A stretch of 64,000 nt of DNA from the human T2T-CHM13v2.0 reference genome, Homo sapiens. A program made the translations under genes and the position numbers. The stretch is from assembly GCF_009914755.1 (NCBI RefSeq), contig NC_060926.1; one strand, written 5' to 3'. Shown one piece after another: positions 55,391 through 64,000 of this stretch; positions within the stretch are counted from its first letter, which is position 1, and the number at the start of each line of letters is the position of its first letter. The notes under the pieces were generated by a model that saw nothing but the letters and a program-made list of their open reading frames with translations, searched no databases and was not told the DNA's origin.

Positions 55391-58116
55391 ACTTTCCTTA
55401 AGCTTTTAAAAGCTCAACTTACAAAAGTGTTCTTTTATTTAAATACGACAGGTGTGAGCAATCGAGATTTAGGGTTCCTTTGATTAACCTTCGGTCCCGT
55501 CCACGAAGTGGTGAACTGAACATCATTAAAGCTTCCACACAGATTTTACAAGTGCGACGTGCTCACATTCCCCTAAAAGCTCCACTGTCTGTTGCATCCT
55601 TGTATTTTTTTTTTGACAGTAAAGCTGATAAGCAGCGGGGCTGTGTTTTTTTTAATGAGCCTGGGTGCACGCGTGGAGGGATCACAATTACACCAATAAC
55701 AAAAATACACAATTGAAATTTTAGTCTCACGGCTGAGGCATCACTTTAATTGATCAGATTCTCTTAAATATTTCAATTCTTAAAATGCTAAATATGCCTA
55801 ATTCTAACACAGAAAATGCTTTATTTCTTCATTCTAATTTTTGCAACGTTGAAAGATGCCTACGACTGAGAGATGAAAATACAAGCGGACAATGGACCGA
55901 CCACATGTAAAAGCAGACATCAGACCCACAACCAGCACAGGAAACCAAGCCCTTACCGGCAAGGAGCAGCCCAGGATGCCCGCCTGCTATCTGCAAATCA
56001 GACGTGCAGGAGTCCTGATCGCTGTCCCTAGTGACGATCCAGAAAGCTGAGCAACAGTGCCGTAACAATCAGCCCCAGCTGGTCAGAGCTTAACAACTCA
56101 CAGCTGCCCCGACTTCTGCCCTGACGTCCCATTGAGGACAGACGGAGAAAGACAAACGTGCTCCCCCGACACTCACACGGGACGCCCCGATTCCATTTGC
56201 CGCCCCAGCTCCCAGGCCAGCAGCCTCCATCGGGGCTCACCGGGTGCCTTCCCTTCCCCGGGAAGCTCCCACGCCCAGCCTGCCGGAGTCTCTGCGAAAA
56301 TGCAGGTGATGGTGGTCGGCTTCCTAACTCTGAGGAGCTCGGGATAAGCAGCCTCTGTCTGTTGTCATTTGGGCAGTCTTTGCTTATTTACACCCTACTA
56401 AGGAAACAATTTGAGGCTCCCGAGTAATTTTGAGGGTGGCCTTCCCAGCTTGATGAGGTTTTGTAAACCGTCTGGGGGGAGACACATGGTGCCTGAATTA
56501 TGATCTCATTTTAAGGTAGTGTCACAACCTCAATTTTTCAGTTTCTTTGTAAAGTCAGTAACCTCCATCTAGACTTCTATATCCCCCGATTAACCTCTGC
56601 ACTAAATTCTATGTAAATAACTTTAAACTAGCTCCTAAGTTCTGAAGATCTTGGGACATGACAACGCCGTATTCTTTTTAAACCTTCTTTTCTGGATAGG
56701 TGACATCTTATTTGGATTCTAATACTCTTAGGCCACATCTCTCTTTAAAGAGGTCACTCCTAGTATAGGAGGGAGACAGAATCCTGTTCACTCCAACAGG
56801 GTCCCCTCCTGGGTAGAGGGGCAGAGATTCTCTCTTTGGGAAAAGATGAGGAGAGGATTGGGCTTCTCCATGACCCGTCTCATTGCGGTGAGACACTTCT
56901 CAGGAACACCTCTGCTGTCAGACATGCCTGACAAAGCTGGGTCGTGGGGAAAGGCCTCCGCCGTCAGACATACCTGACAAAGCTGGGTCCTGGGGCGGAT
57001 GCTGTTCAGGTGTCAGGAGGCCCCTTCTGTGGGGATAACTGTGTAAGACACCTCGCTTGGGGCTGACCCATACGAGATGTTTAACGATGGCATGTCTCTG
57101 GCTCTCTCCCCAGACGGTCTTGGGTGGTTTTGTTCCCCACATATCAAAGAGGGCAAATGAGTTGAATGCCTGCTGTTTGTATCTCACACATGAGAAGGAA
57201 ACAATTTGTTCCTTAGAAAAGGGAAACGCTATGATCGCTCATGGTTTTTATCAGATGCTTCACATGTTTTGTTGGCGGCCTGTGGAAAGAGCATGGTTCT
57301 CTGCTGTTGCTGGGCAAGGCTGCTGGCCTCCGAGGGGAGGGACGGATCCTAAGGAAGGCCGGGCACCCACCGCATTCGGCCAGAAAACAAAGCTGTGGTG
57401 GAAGGCGGGGACAGTTGTTGGGCCCTAAGTATTGAAGCCATGATTTACCTTCGATTATCTCTCTTTCGGGCCCTAAGATGGAATTCTCAATTTCCTGATT
57501 CCATCACCGGCCCCTCCCTCTTCTTTCCTTCTCTGATTAATTTCCCACCTTTATCTGGCCATCTGCACACACATCCCTGTGTTTGTGGGTAATACTGATC
57601 CTTCTTTATTTCCTTATCTTACCTTGCTCAACGAAGATTCGAAGAAACTGAAGGGACACAAACAATGCTCTAGAAAGAAAAAACTCATTTAATTAAAAAG
57701 CAAGAAGAGGATGAGAAGAAACTAGGATGCAAGGATGGGGTCAGAGACCAGAGGTGACTCCATCCAGAGGAAAGTCCAGCATGCCCCACATTTGGCCTCA
57801 CACAGGGGAGGCCTCATTAGGACCAACAGTGAGGCTTCCCCTTAGGCCACTCTATTTGATACTGAAAATGAGGGTGCTCAGGGGCTGCCATGTGCCTGTT
57901 TTATTATTATACAAGGAGGTCTATGCCAACTACATTTATTAGGATGGGATGTTTTCTTTGTGTCGTTTCCCACTTGACCCAGTGTCTGAACAGTGACTGA
58001 TAACTTGTGTGTGTCATAGTAAGTGAAATACAAAGGATGAAAGCCTGATTATCTTCATGTACTTAAATTGCTTCTCCCTTAAGACCCTGAGCTCTGCCTC
58101 ATTACCCAGCTGTGTT

Positions 58117-59250
<1,134 letters not shown>

Positions 59251-60295
59251 AATGCCCCTTCATGCATTTGTAATTTTTTTCTGTACTCTTCATCTACTTT
59301 ATCATAATCCCCTTATTACAAGGTTTTTATAGCCATTATTTTAAGAGCTCTCTAGTACTCCATAAAATTCATGGATCATGAATTGCTTAATCATTCCTCT
59401 GTAATAGGACTTTAGGGTTGTTTTTATTGATTTTGGTACATTTGTAATTGTTTTGGTATTTCTAGTATAGACTGAGATTGAGGCAAAATATAAATTTTCT
59501 AAGATTTTTGAAAATATTGTGAAATTGCTTTCTAAAATATTTACATCAATTCTCAGGCAAACTGTTCCTATGGACAAATAGCTTTTAATAATCCTAACAG
59601 ACAGGCCTGAGCCAGCACATCATTAACTCGGCTTGTTCCTAAAGACAGCCTTTGACAGAGCTTCTTCCACCCTGCGGGTCTAGAGAGACAGAGATGCAGG
59701 GTGGTAGGAGTGAGAGTCGCCTCTCTCTTCTGTCAGCTCTGAGGACTCTACCAAGGACTGGAGGGGGACTCACTGCAATCACCAGTGCTTCCAGGAAGCA
59801 GTGCTGTTGCAAATGAGCCATCCGAACACACTAGCTTATAAGAAGTGCTCAGAGGACCTTGAATCGTGAAGCAGCTGAAGGCACCACTGGGAATAAATTA
59901 TGAAATTTAACTAAGATTATCAGAGTCCCTTTCTCAAATTTTATATTTTGGGTGATTGTGTCTATGAGAGGAGGGTATTTTTGGAATTTTAAACCATGAC
60001 ATTAACTAATATAGTTGATGTGAAAGTGGGTAATTCATTGTTAAATTATATTTGAAGGGCAATTTAAGTTTATGGGTGACTTGCTGCCGGGATCCTTGCC
60101 AACAGCATGGAAGTAAGAAGGCATCATCTTTCAACACCCAGGTAACCAACGATGGGCTGCCTGTCCTTCTGCTCCCCTGACGTGAAACTGGAGAAGGACA
60201 CGTCTCCCAGTTAACCCGAATCAGTCAGGAGGTGGCAGCCAGTTTGGGACATTTTGTAAAACAATGGCCCTGGGCAGTTGAAAACTGTCTGTGTT

Positions 60296-60490
60296 CTGGG
60301 AGACAGGCAGGCCGAGAAACTGCTCAGTAATAAGAGGTGACAGGGACAGGAACAGGGACAGGGACGGAGCAGCTGGGAGCAGTGCACCTCCTCTGGGAGA
60401 CAGGCAGGCTGAGAGTCTGCTCAGTAATAAGGAGGTGACAGGGACAGGGACAGGGACAGGGATGGACCAGCTGGGAGCAGCGCGCCTCCT
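60296..60490. repeat. ~97-bp tandem duplication with internal (GACAGG)n
   Basis: ctgggagacaggcagg...ctgctcagtaataag...gacagggacagg...cagctgggagcag...cctcct occurs twice. Confidence 0.85.
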
Positions 60491-60952
60491 CGACTGGATT
60501 CCAGAAGAAAGGCTCTACAAAGGACGTGACCGCCCTGCCTGGGCGCGCTGAGATGCTGACGCATGCACAACGGCAATGCCCCCAAGTGTGGTGGCTGCAG
60601 GGCTGCTGGTGGAGAATTCCCTGCCCAGGGGAGCCCTGTGCTGGGAGGCACCGTGTCCTCCGTCCAGGCTCGCTCTCAGATGGCCTAGCCCAGCGAGGGG
60701 CAGGAGCGACAGCAAATGGGAAAAGGACGGCCCAGTGGGGATGCCGAGACACTCACATAGTTTTCTAAAAGTCATTGACTTCTATATGCCTCGGAGTTGA
60801 GAATCAAACTGGTAAAAATGTTAAAAGCAACTAAGTTGGAGTGAAAGGGTTCGAGTGGATCCCACGGGACCCCAGACAGCATTTCCCAGACTCAAGTGAA
60901 GACGCAGACCCGGGTTAGAGATCCTTCGTGCTACAAATGTGGCAACACCTTG

Positions 60953-60958
60953 TTTATT
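60953..60958 (-). terminator. MYT1L: Probable distal MYT1L polyadenylation signal AATAAA
   Basis: TTTATT on +. Several UGUA (TACA on +) elements lie just upstream (~60998, 61094, 61146), and base composition changes abruptly beyond it. Confidence 0.72.
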
Positions 60959-63268
60959 TAGAGTAAGATGTGTTAACATCCAGCATGACAAAATTTGTAC
61001 AAAGTTCACAATTTAAAAATGAAGTATCACAGCAACTTGTGATTCCACACATTTATAGCAAAATTAAAGTGTCAACAAACCCATGCCGTGTAGTACAAAA
61101 ATAAATCAAACTTCAGTTCCACAGAGAGCACAATAAATAGTTTATACAAAATTCTGTCTTAATAAATGATTACTTAAATTAACTTAGAAATGAATATGAA
61201 CAATAAGTTATAATAAACTCTGATGACTCACAATAATCCATATGAAAGGTCAGCATTCTAATATGTGACACTTTTGTGATCCCTATATAATAGTCACAGA
61301 TAACTTTTGATTTGAGATTATGTACCAACGTTAGATGAGCAGCAGGTTTGTGCTTAAAATCCCTTTCCATTGTACATAGGTGATAACAATAAGAATCCAA
61401 AACTGATACTATCTAGTACTCTACTAAAAGCATTACTATATTGGCAAAGAAGCTGCAGACACAACGCGGTGGGGAAATGCATATGCTGTTATGAACAATG
61501 GGGGCCCTAAAGGCAGCTGGGGCCCTGGGCCACACGGACGGCCTCAGGTGACTGCAAGCACCTTGCTTCAGCTCTCAAAACGCATTCTGAGCATGGCAGC
61601 TGCAACCAATAGCACAACAGAAAGGGGGCGCTGTACAGAGAAGGTTCCGCAGAGCCCCGAAATAATTACATCGTCTTTTCCCAGCTAGTTATTAAAGTCC
61701 TTGTGGAAAACTGTAAGCTTTTGTACAGTGAACAGTATAAAGTGCCGCTGGGATATACATATATTTATACACATATATATATACCGAGGTTGAGTATTGT
61801 ATCAGAATATTCGTCGTGAGATCCCTGTAGTCTCCCTTTGCAACATTATTGATCAGCCGTGAGGGCTCCTCTATAATCCATCCAGGTTCAGTGTCACAAG
61901 GCTACTGACACGAGGAATTGCACACCTCCGTACGGATATATAGGACAAGGTAAGTGCAAATAGTCGACTGGCACATTGTGGGGACAATGACCCTGTAAGT
62001 CCTGTTCTGCTAAAAATATTTTTTTTTTATTTTTACAAAACCCATCTTTTTTTTATTTCATAACAAAAATTTAAAGTACGTCTGTACTTCCTGCATAACA
62101 TCAAGACATGGAAGGAAGAGATGCTACTAAATGGAACTCAAGTCAACATCAGAAAACACAACACGTCGTCAAAGGACTACTCAGAAGGGGGAACACAGCG
62201 CTCAAAAGTGGTCTTATGCATACATATAGTGCAGTCATTGGGAGTAAAACAATCAAATCTGGAAGGTATAAACAAGTCTAAGATGATCTAGTTTAAAGCA
62301 AAAAAGTGCTGAAGTATATTTAGTTACTTTTAAAATCTGATTGCATTCATTCTTAGAATAGTCACAAGAAATCAAACAATGAGGCTCTGCAAATGCTCTA
62401 TGGTCAACTGGTCTCCACCCAAGTGTAGAACAGAAACGTCGTGGTAAGAGTCCTCTGAATAGGACCAAATGCTGATTCAGAGTCAAAGTCGGGCGGGGGG
62501 AGCAGGAGGGAAACTTTACCGAGCTGCCTTCCCACCAGATCCAGCAGAAAACTCGGTCCAGTAACTAGAAGACTCACAAATCATTTGCCTTTATCCCTCA
62601 AATGTAAAATAAGAAGGTTCATAACAATAATAGGAATAATCATAATTTTTTAAAGTGAAAAGGGGAAATAAATGTTCTTAAATTATCTTTTAGCTTAAAT
62701 CGAAAACACACAAATTCTGTTGATAAACTACATTGCAATAACAGACAGTTCAGAGGGGCACGAAACTCTAGGGGAGATACGAGAAGGTTGTTCCAAAGTT
62801 TATTGAAAATGGAAAAGGAAATCTTCACGTTGTCCACCTCTGATAAGATCCTGTCTTAACTGGAGTTTCCATAGTCACAACCATGTAACGCTTAGGAGTT
62901 AATTTAAAAGTGCTGTTTAAGCTGCTTTGAATCTTCTGCCAAGTTTCCATGGCTTGATGTTGTCTTACAATAAATTACTTATTTCATTTCTTACAGTTAA
63001 TCCATATGCCATTTCCTTGGAATGCAAAAAACCTCATTTATTGCCCCCACCATACACCATCCTCCTAAAACAAACAAACAAAAAAGTCACATAATATTTC
63101 CAAGCATTGTTCAAAAATAAAGCATTTTTGCAACGAATTCTTGCTATGAAACAATATGCACACAAAATGTATTTCTTAAATTCCATAAAGTCCTCCAACA
63201 TGAGGCAAAATGATAACGTCTAAAAAGCGGCTGCTCAGCCACAACATGATCATTCAAAGCTGTGGGTC

Positions 63269-63295
63269 TGTGTGTGCGTGTGTGTGTTTGTGTGT
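63269..63295. repeat. Imperfect (TG)n in the MYT1L 3'UTR
   Basis: tgtgtgtgcgtgtgtgtgtttgtgtgt. Confidence 0.85.
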
Positions 63296-63668
63296 CCATT
63301 TCAGTTCAAAATACTAAAACATTTAATCACTAAAGCATTAAAAAGAATTTACACTCTATTTATTTTGATCAGCTTACCTCTTCAGAAATAGATATACCCC
63401 CAAATGTGCATACATCAGCAGCTATAAACATTACATGGCAGAACACTATGTCAGCTTACATGGAAACGTACAAAATGTGGGTGTATTCAAAAACTATTCT
63501 GCAGGTACTATCTTTAAAGCAAGACATAAAATCATTATGAAGTCTTGTAAGCATAACACTGTTTCAAATTCAAACAGAAATAAATATAGAACACTTTCTG
63601 GTAAGTTACAGCAGCAAAAAACAAGAGGCATCCTTTTTAAGCAAGAGTTTCATCACTACAGCAGCTGT

Positions 63669-63809
<141 letters not shown>

Positions 63810-64000
63810 CTACGAGATATTAAATAGTAGTTCATATACAACTTTTATTTTCTTAATAGTATATTTACAAAAGCATAAAATAGTATCATAGCATAGTGCC
63901 CCTGGTTTTATACTATTTCAAAGGCCGGCTCAGAGCACACTTAAGTTTCTGGGGTCAGCCCCGCCCATGTTTCTAGCAGTTAATGGTATGGTTTCGGGGT
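63810..64000 (-). other. MYT1L: MYT1L last intron, 3' end
   Basis: Immediately upstream of the TAG acceptor at 63812-63810. Confidence 0.85.

Larger units (their letters stand above)
60935..63668 (-). other. MYT1L: MYT1L 3'UTR (~2.7 kb)
   Basis: AT-rich stretch free of interspersed repeats, running from the stop codon to a distal AATAAA. The 3' end is approximate. Confidence 0.82.

Noticed and set aside
55700-57720. Possible ERV internal region
   Set aside because: Composition is suggestive, but I could not recognise gag/pol motifs or a primer binding site, so it is not called.
63861-63868. Pumilio element TGTAAATA on the minus strand
   Set aside because: It lies in the MYT1L intron, not the 3'UTR.

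Overview
Human (primate) genomic DNA, recognisable as the 2p25.3 PXDN-MYT1L interval. There are two protein-coding anchors, both on the minus strand. The first is PXDN (peroxidasin) coding exon 1 (16010-16209), inside a CpG island, with intron 1 occupying 1-16009. The second is the terminal exon of MYT1L (coding 63669-63809, about 2.7 kb of 3'UTR down to an AATAAA at 60953-60958); MYT1L coding was missed by the ORF track and was read by hand. The ~44.6 kb between them is almost all interspersed repeats: a full-length dead L1PA5-like element nested in a MER4A LTR, many ERV1/MaLR solo LTRs, Alus and two large VNTRs (60-bp and 14-bp units), each lying inside an LTR. Intron 1 adds a Tigger1, old L1M pieces and more Alus. 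Almost all other listed ORFs come from Alu, L1, Tigger, VNTR or GC-rich sequence. I see no evidence for a new multi-gene system. The best oddities are structural: a 173-bp locally templated inverted insertion with microhomologies, a very short twin-primed L1, a possible Alu 3' transduction, a VNTR apparently amplified from its host MLT1F LTR, and a 14-bp VNTR that reads as an array of 5' splice-site motifs in the MYT1L-to-PXDN direction. Repeat subfamily names come from recalled consensus sequences and need RepeatMasker/Dfam confirmation.
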